From Salpingoeca rosetta (Eukaryota > Protista > Choanoflagellata), in assembly GCA_033442325.1 (NCBI GenBank), contig JAWQFM010000004.1:1998954-2062953 (forward strand): a stretch of DNA of 64,000 nucleotides, read 5' to 3'. The notes beneath the pieces are model-generated. The model was not told where the DNA came from. It did no database searches and saw nothing but the letters and a program-made list of their open reading frames with translations. Made by a program: the position numbers and the translations under genes. Below are positions 30,791 through 42,916 of this stretch, piece after piece (the first letter of the stretch is position 1; every line of letters begins with the position of its first letter).

Positions 30791-31684
30791 GATCCTGCCC
30801 GTTGACTGACTTGAGTCCATCAGTGGGGATGACTGGTGTTGATGTGTTGATGTGTTGATGTGTTGATGTGGAAGGGAAGGTGTCAACCTTGTGTCAACCA
30901 GAGCTGTGATCCTTCCCCATCAATCGCCTCGCTCGCTTTCTCTTGCACGACACATGATCCTGCCACCACTGTGGTGCACCTGTTTGTGTCTGTGGCAAGA
31001 GTCATCAGTGCAGCAAACGAGGAGGAAGGCGAGGAAGAGCTCAGATGGCGTCCACATGCATCCAAGCAAGCGACAGAGCGAGCAAGCGCTGGCTGGCTGG
31101 CTTGTTGCGGCAGTGGAGAGTGTGGTGCGACAGCACAACAATAACTGCTGTGGTGTATTGTGTATTGTTGTGTTGGTTTATCTTTTCTCTGTGCTGCAGG
31201 GCTGGAAAGTGTTTCCAAATCGGGTGGCAGGTGTTGCCAGAAACGCAAGGATTTTCCTTCTCTGTCAACATGGCAAGCAAAAAAGGAAGCAAACAGCGTG
31301 GGGTGTGTTGTCAATGTGAGCGCCACTTTTCGCCAACAAGAAGCAAAGGACAGAAAACGAGCAAGCACACTGCGTGGATGGTATGGTTTGTGGATGCGAT
31401 CACAAAGAAGAAGGCCTTCCTCGCGTACACGCAAGCCAGCAAGCAAGCAAGCAGCTCGTCGTCGTTGTGGTACAACAAGAGGGACAGCTGCTGTGCGTGT
31501 ATTATTGATCTGTTGCACAAGCAGTGGCAGCCACTCCACGATGCAGTGGGCAATGGAACCGTGCTCTTTGTGTCGCCCACACACAAGGTGGTTCACGAAG
31601 ATGACACAAGTGCTGGACGTGTTCAGCGTGCTGTTGCTTTGAGAGTTTGCACATGAAGAAGGGGCAGGCATAGGCAACAGCAAA

Positions 31685-31768
<84 letters not shown>

Positions 31769-32937
31769 AAAGACAGTGCGTATGCAATAGACACTCCACT
31801 CACTCTACTGACCGCTTCCACCCACCACTGCCTTCGAATCCGATCTGACCACCTTTTCCACCACCCTGCTGCTATCAGGAAGCATCTGCCACAAGAACTA
31901 CCCTTCTCCCCGACTCCCATGCAAGCACCTGCTCAACGCCTCAACCCCCCCCCCCCATGCGCACACAATGTAAGCCGGCTGCAGTCACGTCCCCGTTCAT
32001 CACTTTTATTCCTCCTCAATCACACGCACGCGCACACTCATGCACTTGCACACTGACACGCACACATGTGACATTGCTGCCACCACCTGCAGTCATACAG
32101 CGTGGGCGGCCACAGGAGAGCAGGCTGGGAATGAGCGTGGCTGAAGTGGGCGAGGAAGAGGACAAGGAGCTCGTGCACGAAGCAGAGGACATGGCAGAGA
32201 GGGTGTGCATCCACAGCAATCACAACAGCGCCACCACAATGAACGCGGCACCACTGCTGCAGCTACTGCTTGGGGCGGCATCAGGGCCATTCCCACCAGC
32301 ACTGCCTGCGCCTGTACATGGGCCAGCAGCGCCACCGTCCTTGTCGCATGCCATGATGCCGACGTTGTCAACGACACCAATCATCACAAGCACATTGCCG
32401 CCGCTGCAGCGGGATTGCAGTGCAGCTGCCAACACATGTCGACCTCATCCGCAGCAACGGCAACGACAGCAACAACAGCTGTGATGGCAGCAGAAGCAGC
32501 GGCAGCAGTAGGTCTTGTCCACCTTCCTTTCCTAACACGGTGCCGCCGTTACCTCATGTCTGCGGCGACGGCTACAGCGACAGCGCCACGGCCGTTCAGG
32601 GGCACCCTTCTGTCGCCTACTATCTTGATGCCATCACCATCGTCTTCCTAATCGTCGTCTTCTTGACCCCATCACGGTCATCAACAACAACGACTGAAGC
32701 AGCAGCGGCGTCACCAGCGACAAACACTGTTGCACCACCAGTATCGCTCTCAGCGTATGTAACGCTTGCAGACAGCTGGGGACGGATGAGATTCACACGC
32801 TCGGCTGTCGGTAAGCTATGCACATACCAGTATTGTGGTGTTTGGGGTGTGTTCAGCGCATGCTCGATGGCACAGTGATGTGTTCACTCACCCCTGTGTT
32901 TGTGTGCGTGTGTGTGTGTGTGTGCGTGTGGATGTGT

Positions 32938-33055
32938 GTATGTATGTATGTATGTATTGGTATGTATGTATGTATGTATGTATGTATGTGTGTATGTATG
33001 TATGTATGTATGTATGTATGTATGTATGTATGTATGTATGTATGTGTGTATGTAT
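32938..33055. repeat. (TGTA)n microsatellite
   Basis: Visible tetranucleotide array. Confidence 0.9.
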
Positions 33056-33405
33056 GTGTGGGTGTGTGCGTGCACGTCGTAGGCTGTGGCATCGAGGATT
33101 GGGCGGGCTTTTGAATCCAAGCGCGCTTCGGGGGCAGCGACGACGATGCTCGCAACCACTGACGGTTTGAAGTAGCAGACAGAAGGCGCTTCACTGCCCA
33201 GGTGTGTGTATGCACGTGTGTATGTGTATGCATGGGTGTGCGTGCATGTAGGTAGTTGTGTACATGAGTGTGTGTGTGTCTGTGTGTCTGTCTGTGTCTG
33301 TGTGTCTGTCTGTCTGTCTGTGTGTCTGTCTGTGTCTGTGTGTCTGTCTGTGTGTCTGTGCGTCTCTCTCTCTCTCTCTCTGTGAATCGCCACGCATGTG
33401 TACGC

Positions 33406-33871
33406 ATGCAGTTCGTCTCCTTCACTTCCCTCATTCCCTCACGTCCTCGTCCGCGACGCACGCGCCTGCACTTGCATACAGCTTCAGCGCATTCCTTTCC
33501 TGCGCCATACGACGGCACGGTGTATGTGGCAGACTCATCAACGCAGTCTTCCACCGAGGACAGACAACGGTGTCTGGGCCACCAGCTGCGCAAGCTGTAC
33601 AACATCGAGGCAGACCACGTTGTGCACCTCAGGGATGTGCCACAGCAGCAAGACGGCGTGTCGTGTGGCCTGTTTGCGCTGGCTTACGCCACACTGCCGG
33701 CTGCTGGCCTGCATCCGCTCGACTTGAACTGCGTCAGCATGACGGCACACCAGCTGCGCACGTGGTACTTTCAGTGCATGGCTGATCAGGAGGCAGATGG
33801 TGCGGAGGCGCTGCTCATGAAGTTGCTACAAGGGGCACAACCTAATGACAAAAACAACGACGACAACGACG

Positions 33872-33950
<79 letters not shown>

Positions 33951-34264
33951 AGACGACGACGACAACAGCCTTGAGTCGCGACTCCACCAGCGACGCTGCC
34001 TTTTTGTCTTGCAGAGGCAGCGGGCCCTCCACTTGCAGCCGACAAGAGAAGAGGATCGAATGGCCTTCTCTGCCACAGTGGCCGAGGTGGTTGTGGTGCA
34101 TGACAGGAGCGATGGTGTGGAGGAGGAAAAGGACGTGGTGGTGATTGAGGGTGCTGCGTTCGAAGAGGGTTTCGATGGCGGAGATGTGATCGACTTGTAC
34201 GGAGACAGTTGTGATGACATGGGCGAGCCGCAGCAGCCACACTGGCCACAACAACAACTTCTGC

Positions 34265-34347
<83 letters not shown>

Positions 34348-34729
34348 CTACTACAGCAGCCACACTTGCAACAGCAGTTGCAGTTGCTGCCACAAGTGCA
34401 CCATACCGTCGCTCAGCATGGGCTGCTGAACAATCAGGTCCCGCATTATACCCAGCAACAACAGGCACAGCAACAGCACAACTGCCAGCAGATCCAGCAA
34501 CTGCAGCACTCGGCATCGTGGCAGATTGCGCTGCACCATGCACGAGGCGCCAAGAACAGACGCAGTCGGAGACGACGACGCCAACAGCGCAGACGCAACG
34601 CGCAGAGCACATCAACGTCGTCCGCCTCCATGCCCTGGAATGCGCAGTGTGGTCCCACCACTCCGGTCGCCGTGATGGAGAATTGGCGCATCCCGTCACG
34701 CGGTTCTCGCAGCACGTGGAAGATACACT

Positions 34730-34730
<1 letters not shown>
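33406..34730 (+). pseudogene. Ulp1/C48-like cysteine protease fragment followed by poly-N/poly-Q tracts; possibly a transposon-borne remnant
   Basis: VYVADS...VPQQQDGVSCGLFALAYA matches the Ulp1 Q-x(5)-C-G catalytic motif. No clean upstream His exon was found. Confidence 0.5.
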
Positions 34731-34774
<44 letters not shown>

Positions 34775-35342
34775 GTGCGTGCGTGCGTGCGTGTGTGCGT
34801 GCATGTGTGTGCGTGCATGTGTTTGTTTGTTTGTGTGTTTGCTTGTGTGCGCGTGTGATTGCGTGCACTTGATCCTATGGTCATGTTGTGTTCCAGAGGG
34901 TCACACGACGTGTGTCTTTGTCTGCTTCCACAGCCACTACATCCAGGAGAAACCAGCTTCCGCGTGTTGGAGTACACGCCACCACAGCCGTCACACGTGC
35001 ACGCTGGGGCCAAACAAGCGTAATGAAACAAATTGACAATGGTGCGCGATCAGTTGGCCTGACGCACCGCGTGGTACATTCACATGACGTCAAGCAACTG
35101 CAACGATCTCGTTCACCCTTCCACGCATTGATATGGCAATTATCAGTCATTTTCAATCGTATCAAGCCCACAAATCTCAATGTCGAAGTTGTATGTGAGG
35201 CAGACGTGCAACACCAGCTGGGGAACAGATGGACAGTGCAAGGATTGATGGAAACTCAGTGACAACGAACAAGGTAAGGCGAGGGCGGGAGCCATTGAGT
35301 TCGTGTGCAAGAAGACAACAACAGAAAGGGCTTGACGAGAAA

Positions 35343-36116
35343 TCACTGAACGGGCTGTATGGCGCTTTCTTGAGCAAGTGTCATGTCCTTGTCTTCCTCC
35401 TGAATCAAATTGACTGGCACAAAGTCAGGCAAGCCCGTGGCTTGCGTGTTGGTGAGGAGGAGGGAGGCATCCGCCCTTTCAAAGGCACTTCCCTCCTGTT
35501 CAGCAAAATGCGTAAACCAGGTGGAAAGCTCAATGTGTTGGCACTGGTGTGCTACGGTTACCAGCGTGCAATCGTTGGCCCGAAGACGGTGGGTTGGGCC
35601 TTGTGACAGCCCAATGACGTGCACATTCGCAGGGAGTTCTGCTCCGAGATCAGAGCGAAACTTTTGAGCGAACGTTCCCCCAAAACATTGTGCAAACACG
35701 ACAATTATTTTGAAGTCATCCTTAATCAGGGGCTGCAGATGTTTCTTCAGTCCAGAAAAGCTGTTCCTGCCGTTCCAGAGGCTGTTGGGGCTCCAAAGAA
35801 GGTATTGAGGAGCCATACCCCACAACTTGGACAATGGATATCCGCGAAAGCTGTCCGTGGAAAGACCATGGCAGCATGCCGCAATGACAATCGGCTTCGA
35901 AGAGTCAAACTTCTTGTCGCGGAAGTCCTTTTGCCACCGACTCACTGTCCTAGCCAGCTCTGCCTCCAGCTCTGGCAGGCTGCCGCCGCGCCAGAAACCG
36001 TGGTTTGGCTCGAAGCAATCCTTCATGGAGACATGCAGTGGGATGGTGTAGCGGTCGACCACCTCCTGCGGTTCAGGACTGAACTGGAAGTACAGCGGCA
36101 ACTGTGGGCTTGACAT
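35343..36116 (-). CDS. Intronless 257-aa protein, candidate caspase-hemoglobinase-fold cysteine protease
   Basis: PIVIAACCHG (strand + His-Gly) and KIIVVFAQCFGG (strand + Cys) lie about 60 aa apart, followed by strand VHVIGLS. The ORF is clean and non-repetitive. Confidence 0.55.
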   Translation of the reverse strand: MSSPQLPLYFQFSPEPQEVVDRYTIPLHVSMKDCFEPNHGFWRGGSLPELEAELARTVSRWQKDFRDKKFDSSKPIVIAACCHGLSTDSFRGYPLSKLWGMAPQYLLWSPNSLWNGRNSFSGLKKHLQPLIKDDFKIIVVFAQCFGGTFAQKFRSDLGAELPANVHVIGLSQGPTHRLRANDCTLVTVAHQCQHIELSTWFTHFAEQEGSAFERADASLLLTNTQATGLPDFVPVNLIQEEDKDMTLAQESAIQPVQ

Positions 36117-36563
36117 CGTTCTTGTCTGCTTCTGCTTCCTGCTTTGTGAGACGCGAAGTGATGGTGAAAATGGTGATGTGACATGATGGAGACATGTTTC
36201 GTTTGAAGGATTGTTGTGCTGACCCGATGCGCTCTGCGTGAGTCGTACGCAAAACCGGTGGAACAAGCAAACAGTGCCCACTTTCCCGACCGTACAGTCG
36301 TCCAGTCGACAAATCTATCTCGGATTCTGAAACCCCCAAACACCGAACAATCACGAAATACACCCATTTCCCGAATTGTTGACTGCAATTCCAGAAATCC
36401 ACACACAGTTGAGTTGCATTTCCTGTTGGGGAAGGGGGCACACACCCTCGCGATTTTTTTTCGGGTGCTGCTTGCAGCTCAAAAATATCCGTGTACATTC
36501 ATTCGCCAGTGTCAAAAACAAACCATTTTCGTACGCAAACACTCGCGTTCACCACAGCGAGCC

Positions 36564-37268
36564 ATGGACTTGACTGAGAAGCTCCAGAAGAGAAAACTGC
36601 AGCGCCACCATGGGGACGCTGAGGCGAGGGAAATCCAAGCAGCCCAATCCCAACCCCCCGATGAAGAAGAGTACTGGAAAACACATGGTATGCAAGCCGA
36701 CCAAGGCCCACCAGCTGTTTCGTTCAAACTTTCCAAAAAAGCAAAAGTGAACAGCGAAGGAAAGAAATCACGTTGGACTCGCTATACGTATGCGATTGAC
36801 AAGCAGCCACACGGGGATGTTTCTCTGAATTACGCATCGTCAGGACATGTGCCGGACAGCGTGGAAGAGCTTCTCGATCACATCCACGCGTCTGCCACAA
36901 CGAACTGCCTGCTCACCTGTTTTCAGACGCAATCTCAGCTCATCCTAGAGGCCTTCCAGAGCATCGTGAAGGCAGATAAAGCACAATGGCAAGATCTGGT
37001 GGATCAGCACAACAAGGCAACCCTTGATGGTGGCGACGCGGATGACGCCATCTGTTGGCCATTCGTGGAATCCGCGAAGGATTACCACTGGGCATATCGT
37101 CGCGGCCGATTCTGGATCGAGCAAGCAGGATCTGAGGGACCCCTGCTCATTTGGGAAGCAGACAATGAAGAAGTTGCACAGGACCCAGAACCTTTGTTGA
37201 AGGACGTGGCGTCTCGTGGGGATGGTTCCCGGTATCCAACCCACTTCAAGTTCAAAATCAAGCGTTGA
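36564..37268 (+). CDS. Intronless 234-aa orphan protein, divergent from the caspase-like ORF
   Basis: GCCATGG start context and a complex globular-looking sequence. No motif recognised. Confidence 0.55.
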   Translation: MDLTEKLQKRKLQRHHGDAEAREIQAAQSQPPDEEEYWKTHGMQADQGPPAVSFKLSKKAKVNSEGKKSRWTRYTYAIDKQPHGDVSLNYASSGHVPDSVEELLDHIHASATTNCLLTCFQTQSQLILEAFQSIVKADKAQWQDLVDQHNKATLDGGDADDAICWPFVESAKDYHWAYRRGRFWIEQAGSEGPLLIWEADNEEVAQDPEPLLKDVASRGDGSRYPTHFKFKIKR

Positions 37269-38570
37269 CTGCGTTGAAATCGTCCACTGACGCCACGTTG
37301 CGTTTGGCTTTACATGCGACCACCTCACAGGCCCGGCTCTAAACGTCCTTCACGCCGACTCTGAAACACACATTCTGGCCATGCACTGCACTTGTGCTCT
37401 TTGTTTGGTTGCCACTTGAAAAGGAAGGTTCCCACTTACCTTTCTCGATCTTGTTCGTTCCGTTGAGTTGTGAATCATCAATAGACCTGACGACATGTCA
37501 CATACTCCTCGTCATGACACCGATCAGTTGCTTGTCAGGAGCAACTGAAGGAAAGCAATCACAGTTAACTCTTCGTAGCATGTAGCTCCGAAGTTGGAAC
37601 TTAGGATTGTATTGATTTGTTTGAAACATTCATTGATGAACCGGAATGAGAAAGACATGCTGATGACAAGCGAAATGAGACATGACATGTGAGAGAGAGT
37701 GCGAATTGCCATGGAGATAGGTGTGTGTTTTCAGACCGTCGGCAACTACCATGTCGTGTGAGTTGGTGACACCGTTGTTAAGTTGTTCCGAACACCACCA
37801 TAGCTGTAGTGGTTCTACTCAAGCACTCTCTACTTCCGAACCACCACTACTCTACATACACACACATACACAACACCAACCACCCTTGCTCTTGCACTTG
37901 CCGACTGTCTGTGTTCACTTACTATTGCTGTATCGAGTCCACTCCAATGCACATCTCCTACACTTGGAAGACAACAGAGCACAACGTTGATGACAGCCAT
38001 GAGTTTCTGTTGTTTGATTGTTTCTTCACCTTTTTTTGGCTTTTGTTTCACCTCTCACATCACTTGTTGATTCACACGAAGACTTCAACATTGGTGTTGT
38101 GTGACCTTACCTGCGTGTTTGACAGTTTGTACTTCTGCCTGTCTCTCAAGAATACAACCTCCAGAGGCACATCGAGTCAAGTCAACTGCCCTTCCAACAC
38201 CTGCACAATCGACCCCACCTCTCGCTTGCGGTGAATTCGCAGAGCCTGATTCGCTAGATATCCAGGTGTCTCTTTGCTTTCATCTTGCCGTTTGCTTCTT
38301 GTTGCGCATATTGATTGTGGCAACTATGGTCCCGCTGAGGCACATCGAATACAGTTTCAACATGTAATGGAGGTCAACGAACAATGGGCAACATGCGGCA
38401 AAGAGGCAAGGCATAGAATCGGGGAAACTACAGGAATGTATGCAAAACAACGTGCGCGATGGTGCGAAAGGCACAATAACGAACGAATTCGAATGATCTT
38501 CTTCAACCCCCTTTCCACCACACACCAAAACAACCAACACCCAGCACACACACACACGCACACCACACGC

Positions 38571-40578
38571 TTAAGGTTTCTGAGGAATCATTGTCACGTA
38601 ACCGTCCTCTGACACAATGACAATGAGAACTTGCTGCTTGTTGCGCTTCGCTTGATCATAGTACCTCCACCCACTGTTGAATCTTGCACCGCGACTGCTG
38701 TCACCATTGCGGGACACGGGCCCTGCAGTCATGATTATGCAATGCAAGGAATGAGTGATTTATGGATCTGGAAGGAAGTAGAAGGCGCTGTGCTTATCAG
38801 CGAATTCATGTCACACCAAGGTCCAAGCAGAATGAAACTCACATCAAGCTACATCTCACCGTCAAGGATGACTCCAATGGCGTGACACTTCCCTTTCCGG
38901 TCTAGAAGTACCGCCCCGTCAATACTGGTGACAGCAAGGACCAGCCCTTCATCCAGTAACCTTGAATTCAGCAAACAAGGACGTGAGCTGCTATCAAACG
39001 GCAACCAAATTGTAAGTATTCGAAGCAAACTCATTGCCACCTCCCTCCCTACCTTGGCTGTTTGAGTTTGGTCGACTGGGAGGATAAGCGGTTGGCTTCT
39101 GCTTCAGCGGCGTTGCTGATGACAACCATGGTTCCATGTTTTTGTCTCAGTGCGTGTCCAATAACTGTCCAGATGGCGTGTGAATGGGCGCGATTCCCGA
39201 AAGTGTGTTGGATAGCAGCATTGACATCAGCTTGTCCCAGGCGCTCCTTGGGTAGAGAAACGCCTCCTGAAGCCGAGACAGTGTAGAATGTTGTAAACTC
39301 CTCAGGGCCTCTGCCAGAACTGATCTTGAGCTCCCAACACAGTGGTTTTGTAAACATTACCACAACTTTGTCTCGCTTAATCTCAGCCAAGCGGCAGAGC
39401 CCAACAACTTTGCGAGACGTGTCTAGGATAAGAGCGTGGCCATCGGGAGAAGTCATCTCAAGAAGTTTGCGGGTCCCTTTGATGTCGTCGATGTTGACGG
39501 GGTTTCGAAAAGAGAGAGCGACATGGGCTGGGTCGATGGCGGCAGCAGGGACAATCGCCCCTGTCAAACCGTCGCCCTCATAGGCAGTAGCACTGAGGAT
39601 GACAAGCTCTCTGAATACATTCTTGAGCATCTCGCCTTCCGCAAGCTTGGCCTGGCATGCTCGACGGCGAACTGCAGTGTTATTGCCATTGAAATGTGTC
39701 ATCGGTTGCTGGAGCTCGAGCTTAAGCTGCTCCTTGTTCTTCACGGTGCGATGCAATACAACTACAGTGAGGAATGCCGTGTGTTGGCAACGCACATCTC
39801 GGAAGGCGAAAAAGCATCGAAAGCGTCCATTTTTCCATTTCAGGTTGTTGAGAATGGTCATAAGATGCTCGCCGGGGTCCTCCTCACCATCCTGAGATAG
39901 TTGCAGGTCTTGCATTTCTGGCGCGTCCACCTCGTCGTCTTCACAGGCATCATTGTCTTTGCCGACGCACTGGCTACCACCTGAGTTCTTTCTTGCTTCT
40001 GTCAGTCGCAGGTCGTATCGTTCTCCTTTCGGCTTCTTCGGTGGGAATTGACCCTCGTCGTGCTCAACATCATCAAAATCTTCCTCGTCGTCATCATTAG
40101 GTGCTGGACTGTGCTGACTATTGTCGGTATCATTCTCAGCTTCACCACTCTCTTGGCTGGAAGATGTGGATTTTAGGGTTTTGGCATCATCGAGCACATC
40201 TTGAGATGAAGGCTGATCAACGTCATCTGCGTCCTCGTCGCTGGGTGCCGGCACGTAATCTTCTCCTTGATCTTGAGACTCGTTGCTTTCTTGGCTGCCA
40301 CGCGTCTCCACTTCCTCTGGAAAACGTTGTTTGTGCACGAAATGTGCCATGCTCTGCACCTTTTGGGTGAAGTCTCCTGGCAGAACTTCGAGCGAGCCGC
40401 AGTGGAACTGTCCATTGTTTCGCTCAAAATCGAAGTTGGGGACAGTCAAGGTTTCTTCGGTGATCGTGAGTGAAATCACAGCGCATATCTCCTTGTCTCT
40501 CAGTTCGATTCCATGGTCATGAAGCAACTTGCGAACTAGGTCATGAGCTTCTTGACGAATGCTTTTCACGCTCGTCAT
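38571..40578 (-). CDS. Bacterial-type diadenylate cyclase (DisA_N/DAC domain with N-terminal sensor-like domains), 592 aa; join(40578-39053, 38960-38860, 38722-38571)
   Basis: Splicing two GT-AG introns (39052-38961 phase 2; 38859-38723 phase 1) gives QKHGTMVVIS...AVTSIDGAVLLD..GKCHAIGVILDG...SRGARFNS...VIVSEDGYVTMIPQKP*. The HG, DGA, RGAR and SEDG motifs are all present. The upstream part has AYEG...FRNPVNIDDIKGTRKLLEM. Confidence 0.88.
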
Positions 40579-41256
40579 GTTGCGGCGTTTCTTGAGCTGA
40601 GCAGGGTGGGATTTGTGGTTCTGACACGGGGGTTGTGCTGAATCGCGTTGAAGTGTGTGGTGTGTGGGTGTGTGTGTGAACTAGTGAACTGGTGAACTGG
40701 TGAATGAGTGTGCGTGTGTGTGTGTGCGTGTGTGTGTTTGCTTGTTTGTGTTCGTGTGTGTGAAAATATGTCCGTGCGGACAGTCATTTTGGGGTGAGGC
40801 AGCCACCCTCTTTTGGACACTCATTGATTGACAGAGCTTACATTACCGGTCACCGGATTCTCTGCAAAGCAAATCATCGCAGGGCAATTGCAAGCGTGGA
40901 AGGAAAGTGTTTGCGCAGAAGGAAACAAAGCCAGCTCAAACTGGGAATCCTTTCCTTCCCTGGTGTATTGTTTGTTTTTCTGACTCTTGTTTTTCTTGTG
41001 TGTGTGTTATGCTTTTTCTTCCACTGCCTTCCTTCCCTTCTCCTTCCTTTGGTGTCACATCAACATGCCGCGACGCTCTCCTTCTCTCCCATCTGCTGCT
41101 GCTGCTGCTGTTCGCCCTCATCATCGCTGGGCGCTGTGCTCGCTGTTGCCACCACTGTTGCTGTTGTTGTTGTTGGCAGGCTTGTCGGTGACTCATGTCC
41201 ATGGCAGCATGGCTGCTTGAAGGATGCTGTGAGTGTGAGAGAGAGTGTGTGTGAGT

Positions 41257-41288
<32 letters not shown>

Positions 41289-41724
41289 CTGTGTCGAGCT
41301 TCTTGCTCTTGTTGCCCTCGCGTCTTGCTTCTTTGTCACAACGTGCCTTCTGCTCTGTTCACGGTTGCACTTGCAGCTGCCACCGACTCACACCACCACA
41401 CCACCACATCTCCATCTCGCCACGTCCGTTCCACAACACCAAGGACCGCACGCTGTCCCCCTCCGTGGACACAACATTGAGGCACCTGGAAACAACGCTC
41501 AAAGAGCATCGCGTGCCGTTCGCCACTGGACAGTTGCGTCCACGAACCACTTCTTCCACCACGATTGACCTGTCATCGATCCAACGCATGATGAACGCCT
41601 TTGGGTGCAACAGCAACGGTGTCGAGGAGAGAAATGGGGTAACTCAACACCCATCAACGGCAGCCCATCTCAACCAGACACGACATGCACTGCCCTCCTC
41701 AAGAGCGCACAACTGCACCCCTCA

Positions 41725-42066
41725 TGCACACGCGTGCGACGCGCTGATAGCGACGAACAGCGTGCTGGCCAGTGTACCCTGCAAAGCATCACTGATGGCT
41801 CGTGCGCTGGAGCCTTGGAGCTGACACCCATGGTGCACTGTTCCTCTCGGTTTCTGGCCACGAAGCACGTGGGTGAAGAATTGACGCTGGTGAGCACATG
41901 ACGCGACAGAAGCGTTGAGACAACGACTGTGTGGGATCTGAAGCTGCGATTGCTGCGCGATGTTCTGATGTTGTGAGTTGCCTGAGTGGCATCGCCTTTA
42001 TTCACAGCCTCGACCAGATGCACCGGTGAGTGGAATGATAGTGTGTATGTGTGTGCGTGTGTGTGT

Positions 42067-42097
<31 letters not shown>

Positions 42098-42611
42098 CCT
42101 GCAGCCGCGTGTTTGTTGCTCACCCCTTCATCTCCACCCACCCATCCACCATCCACTTTACAGGGGATCTGAAGAGCGGCAACGTGCTGGTGTCATCATC
42201 GCTTCGCGCCAAGATTACGGACTTTGGGTCCATTTGCCAGTGCTTCACGCGTGACAGAAACCAGCAGCAGCGCACAAGTCTCTCCTCAACTGCAAGCGAT
42301 GACCCTCAGTACAGCCAGCAAGCTGGACTGCAAACGATGACGAGCACGACGCTGACGGCTGGCGTGGGGACATCGCTGTACATGGCGCCAGAGGCACTGA
42401 CGGGCGACAAGTACAGCTTTGAAACCGACATCTTCAGCTTTGGCGTGCTGATGTGGGAGGTGGCGACGCAGCGACCACCTGATCTGATCGAGCAGGAGAA
42501 GGGCAGCGGGTATCGTGGCCCAATCCTCGCCACCATCAGCAACCTGATGAAGGATGGGAAGCGGCTGCGATTTGATGATGGTGAAGAAGATGGTGAGTTG
42601 TGTGTGTGTGC

Positions 42612-42702
<91 letters not shown>

Positions 42703-42916
42703 CGTGTTGTGTGCATGTGTGCTCGTTTAGATTGCGTGACCACGCGTCCATCTCTCTCTCTCTCTCTGTCTCTATCTCACACAAACACACACACACACAT
42801 GCACACGCCTTTCAGCCATCCCCGAGTGGTTCCAGTCGCTGACGTACAAGTGCATGGCGCAGGACCCGCGTGAGCGTCCATCATTTGGAGACCTCAAGGA
42901 CCACCACTTTGCTTGA
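41725..42916 (+). pseudogene. Protein kinase (TK/TKL-like) with intact C-lobe and decayed N-lobe
   Basis: HR|DLKSGNVLV, KITDFG, GTSLYMAPE, DIFSFGVLMWEV and CMAQDPRERPSF. Upstream sequence has stops and frameshifts; no Gly-loop or VAVK found. Confidence 0.75.

Noticed and set aside
31330-31640. LLLCDRIHKPYH, resembling a PHD-finger remnant
   Set aside because: The required cysteines are missing and there is no coherent frame.
36292-36310. TA-CAGTCG, resembling a Tc1/mariner terminal repeat
   Set aside because: No matching inverted copy found by eye and no transposase.
38571-40578. DAC gene as bacterial contamination
   Set aside because: It has two phase-compatible spliceosomal introns, host-type TG repeats upstream, and gap-free continuity with eukaryotic sequence.
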